A stretch of 64,000 nt of DNA from an uncultured archaeon (lineage in GTDB: Archaea > Aenigmatarchaeota > Aenigmatarchaeia > CG10238-14 > SCSR01): assembly GCA_964539655.1 (NCBI GenBank), contig CAZIJH010000001.1, positions 74,052 to 138,051 of the forward strand. Reading direction: 5' to 3'. The notes under the pieces are model-generated. The model made no database searches. It was not told where the DNA came from and worked only from the letters and a program-made list of their open reading frames with translations. Below, one piece after another: positions 37,554-46,667 of this stretch (position 1 is its first letter; every line of letters begins with the position of its first letter). Made by a program: the position numbers and the translations under genes.

Positions 37554-37817
37554 TTACTTGAATTTCCTTCCAGCCCAGTTGTATATTATTGCGAATGCGT
37601 AGCCTAATGCGAACGCAGATACCAAGCATGCAACCAGCGCCATTGTCATAAGATTCCAGTTGCTCCAGAATCCAGGATAAAGCTGGTCCATTATGGAAGG
37701 CTGTCCCAAGAGTCCGTGCCAGACGTATCCAACAACATCGACAATGAATGCAAGAATAGTCAATGTTATTGCAAGAACTTTCGGTTTGATGTCTCCTGCC
37801 ATGATTATATTTTGCAT
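37554..37817 (-). CDS. Small membrane protein
   Basis: 87 aa, two TM helices. Confidence 0.4.
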   Translation of the reverse strand: MQNIIMAGDIKPKVLAITLTILAFIVDVVGYVWHGLLGQPSIMDQLYPGFWSNWNLMTMALVACLVSAFALGYAFAIIYNWAGRKFK

Positions 37818-37837
37818 TATTTTGGCGATAAAAGCAA

Positions 37838-38164
37838 CTATTGGACTCCAAAAATGTTTCTAATGTCTTCATTCCATTTTTCGAGTTGTCTGCCATGAAT
37901 CAAAGTATCGTAACTTAAACTGGCAACCATGTTTAAAATAAGGGGAACGGGATCTAAAGCAAACACAGAATAGACTAATCCAGGGAATACCGACAACATG
38001 CTGTATCCTGTATGCTTTGCATTCAACTTTTGAAATTTTCTATGCCATTCAAAAGTTTCGTCTTCATCGAGCTGTGACACCAAACTGGTAAATTGCCTTC
38101 TTTGTTCGCGGAAATATTGTACACCGCCAAACGGCAAGTATTTTTTAAGATCCCGATTTTTCAT
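37838..38164 (-). CDS. Hypothetical protein
   Basis: 108 aa, upstream of and same strand as the small membrane protein. Confidence 0.35.
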   Translation of the reverse strand: MKNRDLKKYLPFGGVQYFREQRRQFTSLVSQLDEDETFEWHRKFQKLNAKHTGYSMLSVFPGLVYSVFALDPVPLILNMVASLSYDTLIHGRQLEKWNEDIRNIFGVQ

Positions 38165-38198
38165 ACCAAGAAAACAGATTTCAGAATTTATTAGTTTG

Positions 38199-38284
38199 TG
38201 CAGGGGGTGGGATTTGAACCCACGAAGGCACTAAGCCACCAGCTCCTAAGGCTGGCCCGATTGACCAGGCTACGGGACCCCTGC
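38199..38284 (-). tRNA. tRNA-Leu (anticodon UAG)
   Basis: Minus-strand cloverleaf: GCAGGGG…CCAGC-CTTAGGA-GCTGG, long variable arm TGGCTTAGTGCCTTC, T-arm GTGGG-TTCAAAT-CCCAC, acceptor CCCCTGC + A. No encoded CCA. Confidence 0.85.
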
Positions 38285-38332
38285 ATGTTCGGATTAAAGC
38301 TAATTAAAACTTAGAATATTTTATTGATATAA

Positions 38333-38773
38333 ATGGAAATCGGGCTGATTGTTTTCGCGGTTGCTGTGGTTCTGATTGTCGTCTTTTTCGCAATAAATTC
38401 CAAACCTGATAAAACAGTCACGGTTGATTTTGGCAAAGTAAAAATAAAAGCCGAGCTTGCGGACACTTATCTGAAGAGAGTCAACGGCCTGATGTTTCAC
38501 AAGACCCTCGCGGAGGACGGCGGGATGCTTTTCGTTTTCGATTCTCCCGGCAGGCACGCGATATGGATGATGAACATGTCATTCCCAATCGACATAATGT
38601 GGCTCGACGAGGAGAAAGAGATCGTGCACGTTGTGGAGGACGCTCAGCCGTGTTTCATGAGCTGTCCAGCGTACGCTCCGCCGAAAAATGCGAAGTATGT
38701 AATCGAAGTCAATTCAGGATTCGTGAAAAAATACGGATTGGAGACCGGGCACTTCGCAGACTTTGAAATTTAG
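38333..38773 (+). CDS. DUF192-family protein (COG1430)
   Basis: N-terminal TM, then the DUF192 pattern GLM…GMLFVF…IWMMNMSFPIDIMWLD…YVIEVNSGF. Confidence 0.6.
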   Translation: MEIGLIVFAVAVVLIVVFFAINSKPDKTVTVDFGKVKIKAELADTYLKRVNGLMFHKTLAEDGGMLFVFDSPGRHAIWMMNMSFPIDIMWLDEEKEIVHVVEDAQPCFMSCPAYAPPKNAKYVIEVNSGFVKKYGLETGHFADFEI

Positions 38774-38953
38774 CCGAAAGTCAAATTCCAAATCATCAGC
38801 GTTTTGTCGTGGCTCGGGAATATCGAAGCCTTGTCGAAATCCTGTCCTAGAAAGACGACCAGAAAAATGAATAGCAATATTATTGATACCGCAATTGCGA
38901 TGAAAATTATCTGCGATTTCGAAAATTTTCTCATTGAATCAACATAGTCGATT

Positions 38954-39832
38954 CTAAATATAAATTAAAAATATTCCCGCAACGATTGCCAGCGATCCTA
39001 AAAATCTTATTTTCGAATGGTTTTCTTTCAGAACAAGCCATCCCAGAAATACTGTGAAAAGTGGCAAGCTTCTTGAAACCGGGAGAACCTCGGACGCATT
39101 TCCGACGGTGAGAGCGGTGAACAACAAGAAAGTTCCGACGGTTGCGGATATAGACGAAAGCAGCATCACGAGTGTCAATTTCCTGCTCGAGAAAATATTC
39201 CTGCCGACTTTTACCAGCCTTTTGAAATCGGTAACAGAATTTAATGTTACGAAGCTGATCGCCGCGAAAGAGGACATCAGAAGGTTCAGCGTCGACGGGT
39301 GCACGCTCGCCGCCGCGGATTTCGAAAATATCCCCCATATCGCGAGGGACACGGCCCACACCGTCAGGAATGCGAACGCCTTGGACATCTTTGGAACTTC
39401 TATCCTTCCGTTCGTCAAAACAAAGTAGCTTCCCAGAATTATCGCAGCCGTCCCTGCGTAATCGTAAACGCTTGCGATCTCGTTCAAAACAAATACAGAA
39501 AGTGCGAACGCGAGAAGTATCGTCATGCTCTGTCCGACGGGAACTATTTCGGAAATGTCTCCGGCCTTCACGGCGAAGAAGTAGCCTAGTCCCGTGATGG
39601 TGTACAGGATCCCGAGCGGAATTATGTAAGCGACGAAGCTAGAACCGTCGACAAATACCGCCTGCCCGATCGATAAAACAATCGCGCCTGCGACAGCCGC
39701 GTTCGCCAGGAATCTGTAGGCCGAAAGGCTGAGCGGATCTATCTCCTTGTTCCTGAGAATGATCTTGTCGAACATGGTGACGAGCGAATGCAGGAACGCG
39801 TACAGGACAGCCAGCGCGAGCCAGAATACCAT
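38954..39832 (-). CDS. EamA/DMT-family transporter
   Basis: 292 aa, ~10 TM helices in two repeated halves. Confidence 0.65.
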   Translation of the reverse strand: MVFWLALAVLYAFLHSLVTMFDKIILRNKEIDPLSLSAYRFLANAAVAGAIVLSIGQAVFVDGSSFVAYIIPLGILYTITGLGYFFAVKAGDISEIVPVGQSMTILLAFALSVFVLNEIASVYDYAGTAAIILGSYFVLTNGRIEVPKMSKAFAFLTVWAVSLAIWGIFSKSAAASVHPSTLNLLMSSFAAISFVTLNSVTDFKRLVKVGRNIFSSRKLTLVMLLSSISATVGTFLLFTALTVGNASEVLPVSRSLPLFTVFLGWLVLKENHSKIRFLGSLAIVAGIFLIYI

Positions 39833-39914
39833 TACAACAATTTCTCCAGTCAGAATTTAAGTTAATTATTATTCTATTTTAATTCGAAAATTTCGTCATA
39901 AATATTGGTATGAT

Positions 39915-41441
39915 TTGAGGTTATATATAATTTTTATCAAAATATTTGTATATATGAATAAAATAAATCCTTATTCAATTTTTACCTTTATTTTAATAAT
40001 ATTATTACTGCCACTTTTCTTAAATTTTAAATTTAATTTAATAGGTACGTTTTTCAATTCATTTTCTAATATTTTTATAATATTCTTTTCATTAGGATGT
40101 TTGGTTTTACTTTCAGAAATTAAATTTTCATCAAAATCTAATATAGATCTTAAACTGTTAATATGTGTTCTACTTTTAATGTTCTATGTTTTTATTTCTT
40201 CTACTGCCAGTAATGCTTTTTTAATTTTTCAAAATCAATATCTTCAAAGTCAGATATTATTTTTTCCTGAAATAGCTAATCAATTTGTTCCTGCTTCGAT
40301 GGTTACTTTACTTCTTTTTTTACGTCTTTTGATTTATCTTGAAAAAATATTTGAAAACAAAATTTTTCAGGATTCTATATTTAGAAATTATTTGGAGTAT
40401 TTTCATACTACTCCTTCAAAGTTAATTCAAAAGTTGAGAGGTATTCTTTTTGGTTTTATTGGAAGTCTTTTATTAGTTTTATTATTGGTTTCAAACTTAA
40501 CTTTAATTCAATTTGGTCAATCTTCTCAATATTTTGATTCAGTAATTTTCGCTTCAATTATCTATTCGTTTATAGCAGTTTTGATTGAATTGATTTTTTA
40601 TCAATCAAGTTTGATAAAACTTAATCTAAATAAAATCATTCTTAATAATAAGAAAAATATTTTAACTAAAGAAACATACATCAGTCCAACCAAAAAGCGT
40701 CAAATATATTTTGTAACTGCTTTTGTATTAATTAGTTTTGTTATTGGAATTTATTATTTAGTTAGTATAATTCCAGACATCAAACATTATAATTATGATT
40801 TTGATCTCAAAGGACAATTGATTATTAGTCAAATAACAACATATCCTGTAAATTCATCATTTAAATTAACTAATTTGTTATTGAATGATGATACACAATT
40901 AATTATACCTGAATTCAATTGGAAAGTTTCAAAAGACACTCTAAAAAGCTATAATTTGCTTCCTGAGTACCTTTCGATAATTAATGTTACATCGACGAAT
41001 TTCAGATTCTGGTATAATGACAGTCTTGAAAAGACAAATCTAAATTTAACTGATACTATAACAGAATATTTTGATACTATTTATGATGAAATAATTTTAT
41101 ACCAATTTTCAAAAAGTTCTTTTAATAATATCAGTATTTTTACAGCAAGTTTTTCATCAAATTCATATAAATTTTTTATAAGTAAAAATGGGTCTAGTAT
41201 CAATTTTGTGCGCGTAGATGAAATCAATGGAAATATAGATGTTATTTATCTGATTTCTGAAAATGAAGATTTTCTGAATTCGTTACAAAAATCCATTTTA
41301 ATTAAAAATAGATTTGAAAATATCTATACAATAAATAAAGATTTGAATAATGGTTATAGTAATTATTTGATTTCTCCTCTATACTGTATAATTGATGAAA
41401 TGAATGGTAATTGGAATAGTGTTTATTGTGGGCTTGCTTAA
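39915..41441 (+). CDS. Extremely AT-rich ORF encoding a low-complexity polytopic membrane protein with a large Asn/Ile-rich extracytoplasmic domain
   Basis: 508-aa ORF in a ~1.55-kb segment of roughly 22-25% GC versus ~40% in the flanks. N-terminal half hydrophobic, C-terminal half N/I/S/F-rich. Confidence 0.4.
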   Translation: MRLYIIFIKIFVYMNKINPYSIFTFILIILLLPLFLNFKFNLIGTFFNSFSNIFIIFFSLGCLVLLSEIKFSSKSNIDLKLLICVLLLMFYVFISSTASNAFLIFQNQYLQSQILFFPEIANQFVPASMVTLLLFLRLLIYLEKIFENKIFQDSIFRNYLEYFHTTPSKLIQKLRGILFGFIGSLLLVLLLVSNLTLIQFGQSSQYFDSVIFASIIYSFIAVLIELIFYQSSLIKLNLNKIILNNKKNILTKETYISPTKKRQIYFVTAFVLISFVIGIYYLVSIIPDIKHYNYDFDLKGQLIISQITTYPVNSSFKLTNLLLNDDTQLIIPEFNWKVSKDTLKSYNLLPEYLSIINVTSTNFRFWYNDSLEKTNLNLTDTITEYFDTIYDEIILYQFSKSSFNNISIFTASFSSNSYKFFISKNGSSINFVRVDEINGNIDVIYLISENEDFLNSLQKSILIKNRFENIYTINKDLNNGYSNYLISPLYCIIDEMNGNWNSVYCGLA

Positions 41442-41486
41442 TTTTTCAGAAATATGCTCTTCTCTAGAGTATGATTTAAAGAAGAG

Positions 41487-41561
41487 TGCTCCCGCCGGGA
41501 TTTGAACCCGGGTCTCAAGCTCGAGAAGCTCGAATCCTTGACCGGACTAGACGACAGGAGC
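41487..41561 (-). tRNA. tRNA-Glu (anticodon CUC)
   Basis: Minus strand: GCTCCTG…CGAGC-TTCTCGA-GCTTG…CCGGG-TTCAAAT-CCCGG-CGGGAGC-A. No encoded CCA. It overlaps the track's extended start of the next ORF. Confidence 0.8.
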
Positions 41562-41600
41562 GTCGCTTTTAAAGTATTTGAAAGTTCTCAATTTATTAAT

Positions 41601-42578
41601 ATGTTTCTTCCAGACGCGCCGGAGTTCAAGGGCATCTCGGGATGGATAAACAGCGAGCCGCTGAGCATTCGGAAGTTGGGCAGGAAAATTCTGCTGATCG
41701 ATTTCTGGACGTACTCGTGCGTGAACTGCATACGCGACATACCCCATCTGAAAGAGTTGCATGCGAAGTATTCCGACAAAGGCTTGATTGTTATCGGCGT
41801 GCACACTCCCGAGTTCGAGTTCGAAAAGAATCCTGAGAACGTGAAGGCAGCCGTCAAGAAATACGGGCTCGAGTATCCGATCGCGCTTGATCCTGAAAAC
41901 ACGACATGGAATCTTTACGGCAACCAGTATTGGCCCAGGAGAATTCTTGTCGATGCTCGCGGAAAAATGAGGGCGGAACATGTCGGTGAAGGCGGGCACG
42001 AAGGAATGGAACAAAAAATTATCGAGCTGCTTGCAGAGATCGGAGTTGAAACCGGCGAGAAAATAGAAAGGCATCCGGTCGACAGAAATAAACTTTACGA
42101 GATTTCCAAAAAAATAACGCCCGAGATTTATCTGGGCAGCAGGAGAAGCAAGGGATTCGGAAATTCTCAGGTATGCATTCCTGGCACGTGCATGCGCTTC
42201 ATAGACAGGGGGGACCACCAGCAGAATTTGGTTTACCTCGGCGGCGACTGGGAGCAGCGTTTCGAATTTGTAAATCATCCGACCAACGAGGAGGCTTATG
42301 CTGTTTTGAAATACACTGCAAAATCCGTGAACGCTGTTCTCGCGCCGAAGAAAGGAATGAGGCACAAGGTCTTCGTCACGCTGGACGGCAGTCCGCTCGA
42401 CAGGAGCAACGCGGGGCGCGACATAAAGATCGACAATATTACACATCAAAGCTATGTTCTCGTCGACAAGTCGGACATGTACGAGCTGGTGGAGACCGGA
42501 AGCATGCAGACCCACGAAATCAAACTGACTTCTGACTCTCCGGAATTCACGATTTACACTTTCACATTCGGCCCGTGA
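41601..42578 (+). CDS. Redoxin/TlpA-like thiol-disulfide oxidoreductase with C-terminal extension domain
   Basis: ILLIDFWTYSCVNCIRDIPHL…VIGVHTPEFEFEKNPENV…YWPRRILVD (AhpC/TSA-redoxin fold, CxxC). Start moved to the Met at 41601 to avoid the tRNA. Confidence 0.7.
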   Translation: MFLPDAPEFKGISGWINSEPLSIRKLGRKILLIDFWTYSCVNCIRDIPHLKELHAKYSDKGLIVIGVHTPEFEFEKNPENVKAAVKKYGLEYPIALDPENTTWNLYGNQYWPRRILVDARGKMRAEHVGEGGHEGMEQKIIELLAEIGVETGEKIERHPVDRNKLYEISKKITPEIYLGSRRSKGFGNSQVCIPGTCMRFIDRGDHQQNLVYLGGDWEQRFEFVNHPTNEEAYAVLKYTAKSVNAVLAPKKGMRHKVFVTLDGSPLDRSNAGRDIKIDNITHQSYVLVDKSDMYELVETGSMQTHEIKLTSDSPEFTIYTFTFGP

Positions 42579-42654
42579 TTAATTTTGAAGATTCCCGTCC
42601 GCGAGGAATTATTTATATTCGAAACGCGATATAGTTTTTACAAAACATTATTTT

Positions 42655-42975
42655 TTGGAGGAAAACAAAATGGCAATTTCGGTAAAAGACATCGGAGACA
42701 TGGTCGGTAAGGACGTCTTCACTGCCAAGGGCTACTACGCAGGAAAAGTGACGGACATTGAGTTCGACCTCAGCAGGTTCAAGATACGCTCGCTTGTAAT
42801 AGAGGCTGCGCGCGGATCTGTTCTCGGAAAGATGGTCGGAGGAAAGAAGGGAATAATAGTTCCGTACCCTGTAGTTCAGGCGATAGGCGACGTTGTGATG
42901 ATAAAGCACGTCATCAGTTCCGACATTGGAGCCGAGGAAATAGCGAACCAGTCACAAGCAGTCGAGAGCGCGTAA
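42655..42975 (+). CDS. PRC-barrel domain protein
   Basis: …DVFTAKGYYAGKVTDIEFDLSRFKIRSLVIE…GIIVPYPVVQAIGDVVMI (PRC-barrel pattern). Confidence 0.65.
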   Translation: MEENKMAISVKDIGDMVGKDVFTAKGYYAGKVTDIEFDLSRFKIRSLVIEAARGSVLGKMVGGKKGIIVPYPVVQAIGDVVMIKHVISSDIGAEEIANQSQAVESA

Positions 42976-43034
42976 AATTTTCGATCGTGCTTGAACGTAC
43001 CAGGTACTTACTTTAATTTGAAGAAAAAGTAAAA

Positions 43035-43319
43035 GTGTTGGTTATGGAAATCGGACCGGAAGGCAAAAATCCAATAAAGGTGAAGGAGCTTCCTTTCGCA
43101 AGGGTAGGAGAGCTCTACATCCTGACTGATCCCGAGACAAAAAGTTCAATTCAGCTCGATCCCATTTCTTTCCTGATCTGGATTCAATGCGACGGCAAGA
43201 CTTCTGTTGAAAACATCGTGGACGTTTTTTCCGTGAACGGCAACCGCGACATAGTCAAGGCAGCGATAACCGGGGTGCTCGAGAAGCTTACTACAGGCGG
43301 ATTAATTAAGTGGGTATAA
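43035..43319 (+). CDS. PqqD-family protein (stand-alone RiPP-recognition-element-like domain)
   Basis: LYILTDPETKSSIQLDPISFLIWIQCDGKTSVENIVDVFS…AAITGVLEKLTTGGLI matches the PqqD pattern (…LN.tg..iW.l.dG..tveEiv…fl..L…gli). Confidence 0.6.
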   Translation: MLVMEIGPEGKNPIKVKELPFARVGELYILTDPETKSSIQLDPISFLIWIQCDGKTSVENIVDVFSVNGNRDIVKAAITGVLEKLTTGGLIKWV

Positions 43320-43323
43320 TTTG

Positions 43324-43959
43324 TCAGCGTCCTAGGTTCGCCTGTCTGCTCGTGAGCCAGTTGTCCAGTATGATTTGTGTTTTTTGGTAGCCGAGTCCTG
43401 AAAGGTATTCTTTGATCTCCGTTTCCTTGATCGGATTTCTTGTAACTACGTTGGCTGTTACTTTTTCCTCGTCCAGAAAAACTATGTACTTTTTCACGAT
43501 TTTGAAATCTCGTTGGTCGTCCCCGTTTCCCAAAAGAATCAGGTGAATGTACTTTAATGGAATATCGAGTTCTAAGCGTACTCCCTTGCCATAAATGAAA
43601 TCTGGTCTCTTTAGAGGCATCTGGCCGATACAGCATTTGTCCAAAGGATATGCGCCACTGGAGTTTTCGCTATTCTGATTATTGTAATCTGTTTTTGGCA
43701 TCCCGTCTTTCTTTTTGATTTCCATTCTTGTTTTTAACAGCTCGTCTAGATTATCTCTTGCTTCCTGAGTCTTTACAAACCTAATTGTTCCAAGTACGTC
43801 TCCTCCGAGCTGTTCGGTGTTAATTTTTATTATCGATTCGAGTTCTGCTTCGACTCTTACGAATTTTCCTCTTTTTATCAGATCTTCGTATAGGGATGTG
43901 GCTAAGTTAATTTGAGAAATCTGATTTGAAGTTGCAGTTTCACGCGCATTTTCTACCAT
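43324..43959 (-). CDS. Hypothetical protein downstream of ftsZ
   Basis: 211 aa on the same strand as ftsZ; no recognisable domain. Confidence 0.4.
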   Translation of the reverse strand: MVENARETATSNQISQINLATSLYEDLIKRGKFVRVEAELESIIKINTEQLGGDVLGTIRFVKTQEARDNLDELLKTRMEIKKKDGMPKTDYNNQNSENSSGAYPLDKCCIGQMPLKRPDFIYGKGVRLELDIPLKYIHLILLGNGDDQRDFKIVKKYIVFLDEEKVTANVVTRNPIKETEIKEYLSGLGYQKTQIILDNWLTSRQANLGR

Positions 43960-44187
43960 ATCCGCTACTTGAAAGATAAAATAGATAAGTTTTACTGTTG
44001 AGTTGGTTTGCAGAAAAATTGGAAAAAAATGAAATTAAAGAATCGTGTGAAATATTTTTAAAAGTCTTCAGTGGATTCTTCTTCTTCCTCTTCTTCAAGA
44101 GGGTCCCATGAATTTTCGTCCATTTTTTTTCGCCTCCGCTTGTGATTTTGTTTTTTTTGTGTCACGGATTTGTGGAAATTTTTGTAC

Positions 44188-44223
44188 CCATTAAAAAGAA
44201 AAAAAAGAGGGTGGAGAATCTCC
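44188..44223 (-). terminator. Hairpin + oligo-T terminator downstream of ftsZ
   Basis: Palindrome GGTGGAGA/ATCTCCACC (44207..44223) followed on the minus strand by TTTTTTTTCTTTTT. Confidence 0.5.
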
Positions 44224-44234
44224 ACCACTCGTTT

Positions 44235-45386
44235 TTAGCGAATGATATCGATTCCCAAAGTCTGGCTTATCTCGCGAACCACCGGCTTCTCGTAGCTCAC
44301 TGGTCCGAGGATGTACGGCGACTTGACTCCGGTTATTATGGAGATCACCTGTACGCGCCCGTCGAATTCCGGAAGAATTCTAGCTCCCCAGAATACTTGC
44401 GCCTGCGGATCCAAGTGCTGAGCAACCGTCTCTCCGATCATGTTCACCTCGTCGAGCCTCAGGTCCGTTCCACCAGTTATGTGTACTAGAGCGCCTGTTG
44501 CTCCGGTGTAATCGACTTCGAGCAGCGGGTTCATCAAGGCCTTCGTGATCGCATCCTTTGCGCGATCGCTGCTGTTTGATTCTCCCACTCCGATTGCGGC
44601 GACTCCTCCGGCGTTCATGACGGATCTGACGTCCGCGTAGTCCAGGTTTACCAGGGATGGCAATGTGATTGTCTCCGTGATTCCCTTTACCATGCTTGCG
44701 ATCAGCTCGTCAGCGACAGAGAATGCCTGCTGGATCGACATGTTGCCTGCGTACTTCAGAAGCTTGTCGTTCTCTATTACGATCACCGTGTCAGTGACCT
44801 GCCTCAATGCCGCGAGACCGTCTTCCGCCTTGCTTATCCTGGCTCCTTCTACTTTGAAGGGCATGGTAACCACGGCGATTACGATTGCGCCCATTGATTT
44901 CGCGATTTCGCACGCGACCGGCACGCTTCCTGTACCGGTTCCTTTTCCTAGTCCTGCTATTGCGAAGAGAAGATCCACTCCGTCGAGAAGCTCTTTTATT
45001 TCGTTCCTCGATTCTTCGGCGGATTTCTTTCCGACCTCAGGATGACCACCGCAGCCGAGACCGCGAGTCAGCTCCCTACCTATCAGAATCTTCTTGTCAG
45101 CCTTACCCACAGCGAGATGTTTAGCGTCAGTGTTGAGAGAACAAGTCCTTGCTCCCTCGATGCCCATTTCAGTCAGGCGTGTGACAGTGTTCTGACCTGC
45201 TCCACCGCAGCCGATGACCGCGATGCTAGCCTTTTTGATAGCGAAGCCGAATTCCTGCTCGGCCAGCTTGTAGTAATCGACATTGCTGAAAGTCGCACCC
45301 GAAGTTGATTCGAGTTTGAATCTTTCCGTCGGTCGCTCTTCAGCGCCGCCTGCTTTCTTCAAAGCAGATTGTATTATTGAGTCCAT
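44235..45386 (-). CDS. ftsZ: Cell division protein FtsZ
   Basis: Tubulin signature GLGKGTGTGSVPV, GTP-binding GCGGAGQNT, T7 loop region; 383 aa. Confidence 0.9.
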   Translation of the reverse strand: MDSIIQSALKKAGGAEERPTERFKLESTSGATFSNVDYYKLAEQEFGFAIKKASIAVIGCGGAGQNTVTRLTEMGIEGARTCSLNTDAKHLAVGKADKKILIGRELTRGLGCGGHPEVGKKSAEESRNEIKELLDGVDLLFAIAGLGKGTGTGSVPVACEIAKSMGAIVIAVVTMPFKVEGARISKAEDGLAALRQVTDTVIVIENDKLLKYAGNMSIQQAFSVADELIASMVKGITETITLPSLVNLDYADVRSVMNAGGVAAIGVGESNSSDRAKDAITKALMNPLLEVDYTGATGALVHITGGTDLRLDEVNMIGETVAQHLDPQAQVFWGARILPEFDGRVQVISIITGVKSPYILGPVSYEKPVVREISQTLGIDIIR

Positions 45387-45523
45387 TCCAAATCACTCCT
45401 ATCTTTTTCAAACTATAGTTTGTTGCATCGAAAACTGTTTTATAAGCTTTCGATATTTTATATCTTACAGAAAACGGATTGTAGAAAAATCACTGACCAT
45501 GATTTGAGACCTACATTGCGTTT

Positions 45524-45598
45524 GAAGACCCAAATTGACTCAAAGCTTAATTGACCAAATTAAGTTTGAAGCAACTGAAAGTTATAGACCCAAATAAC
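45524..45598. promoter_or_regulatory. Three imperfect GACC(C)AAAT-containing repeats in the ftsZ upstream region
   Basis: GAAGACCCAAATTGAC (45524..45539), TTGACCAAATTAAG (45550..45564), TAGACCCAAATAAC (45585..45598), spaced ~30 nt, 140-210 nt upstream of the ftsZ start. Confidence 0.3.
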
Positions 45599-45710
45599 TC
45601 TTTCTCGTTTTGCTATTTAAATGATTTCTACAATCCGATGTATATTTTCTTCCACATACTTCAAAAATTTTCGGAGGAAATTCAATTTATTTTTTTGTCA
45701 AAAAATAAAT

Positions 45711-46634
45711 TTATTGGCAAGTAGTTTCTGCAAAATTATTTTTCGGACAACCTTTTCCGCCAACCAGTATGTTGGTGTAATCCGGAGAGACGCCGTCAAT
45801 AGTAGTCCCAGCCAAAGCTCCAGGTTCTGGATTTATGCGAAGCGAAATCTCGTCAATCGTGCTGTTTTTGTAAAATATTATTGCTGTTAACCCGTCATAC
45901 GTTATTTGTCCGGTGTTTTCCACAGCCAAACTGATCTGCGACAAATCGGATTTGTAACTGCAGTATGTTATCCGAAGCTGTCCGTAGCTGCATAACAGAC
46001 TGTTCTCAGTTTGATCAGCAATAGTATCGGTGTTAGAAGAAATGGACGAAATCAGATACGAACTTGCCCAGTAAGCGAGGAATCCGGCTATCGTCATTGT
46101 TATCGCAATTACCGCGATTACTGGCATGAAAAGTATCCCGGCCGCCCTCAGCATGCTGACGTCGTGCAGCTTAGAGAGTCCCTTGATGTTCAGGTAAATG
46201 GAATAGATCGAAAATACCACTCCCAGCACCGGCACCCATCCGAAAATGTAGCTCGGGGTGTTCCCGTATATCAGCGCCTTGTAGGTCGCCGCGTAGTTTC
46301 CCCTGCCTTTCAGCAGCCTCGCGAAAATGTGAACGAAACCGACAGAAAGGAAGGTTAGTAAGAGAGTTGCCGGGTAAAGCAGGATCAAAAATATTATCAT
46401 CAAGCCGCCCAAAAATACCGACAGGATCTGGTTGAATCCCAGAATTATTCCCGCAGAGACTATGGCCAAATCTATCAGCGAAAATATGGCAAGGTATACG
46501 AACGCTCCTTTGATGCCCTGCTCGTATTTTATTTTCTCGAAAAATGCAGAAGGATTAGTCATTACGGTCTTGGCTTTCTCGACAAGCCCCATCTTTCCGG
46601 ACGCCTCGTCCATAGAATAAACTGAATTGCCCAA
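45711..46634 (-). CDS. Yip1-like polytopic membrane protein with C-terminal extracytoplasmic domain
   Basis: Five TM helices with Yip1/DUF1282-like topology, then a ~100-aa Cys-containing tail. Confidence 0.45.
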   Translation of the reverse strand: MGNSVYSMDEASGKMGLVEKAKTVMTNPSAFFEKIKYEQGIKGAFVYLAIFSLIDLAIVSAGIILGFNQILSVFLGGLMIIFLILLYPATLLLTFLSVGFVHIFARLLKGRGNYAATYKALIYGNTPSYIFGWVPVLGVVFSIYSIYLNIKGLSKLHDVSMLRAAGILFMPVIAVIAITMTIAGFLAYWASSYLISSISSNTDTIADQTENSLLCSYGQLRITYCSYKSDLSQISLAVENTGQITYDGLTAIIFYKNSTIDEISLRINPEPGALAGTTIDGVSPDYTNILVGGKGCPKNNFAETTCQ

Positions 46635-46667
46635 CTATTTAAGCTGGCTGACTTCGGACTGGCATTT

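Noticed and set aside
39900-39920. Left-boundary att-like repeat of the tRNA-Glu 3' end for the AT-rich island
   Set aside because: Only a 7-nt match (GATTTGA) to the tRNA 3' end near 39909, which is not significant in AT-rich DNA.
41547-42515. 322-aa minus-strand ORF
   Set aside because: Antisense to the redoxin gene (CVNC, AhpC/TSA fold).
44061-44126. Tiny acidic ORF (MDENSWDPLEEEEEEESTEDF) downstream of ftsZ
   Set aside because: About 20 codons, low complexity, in a terminator region; no support for translation.
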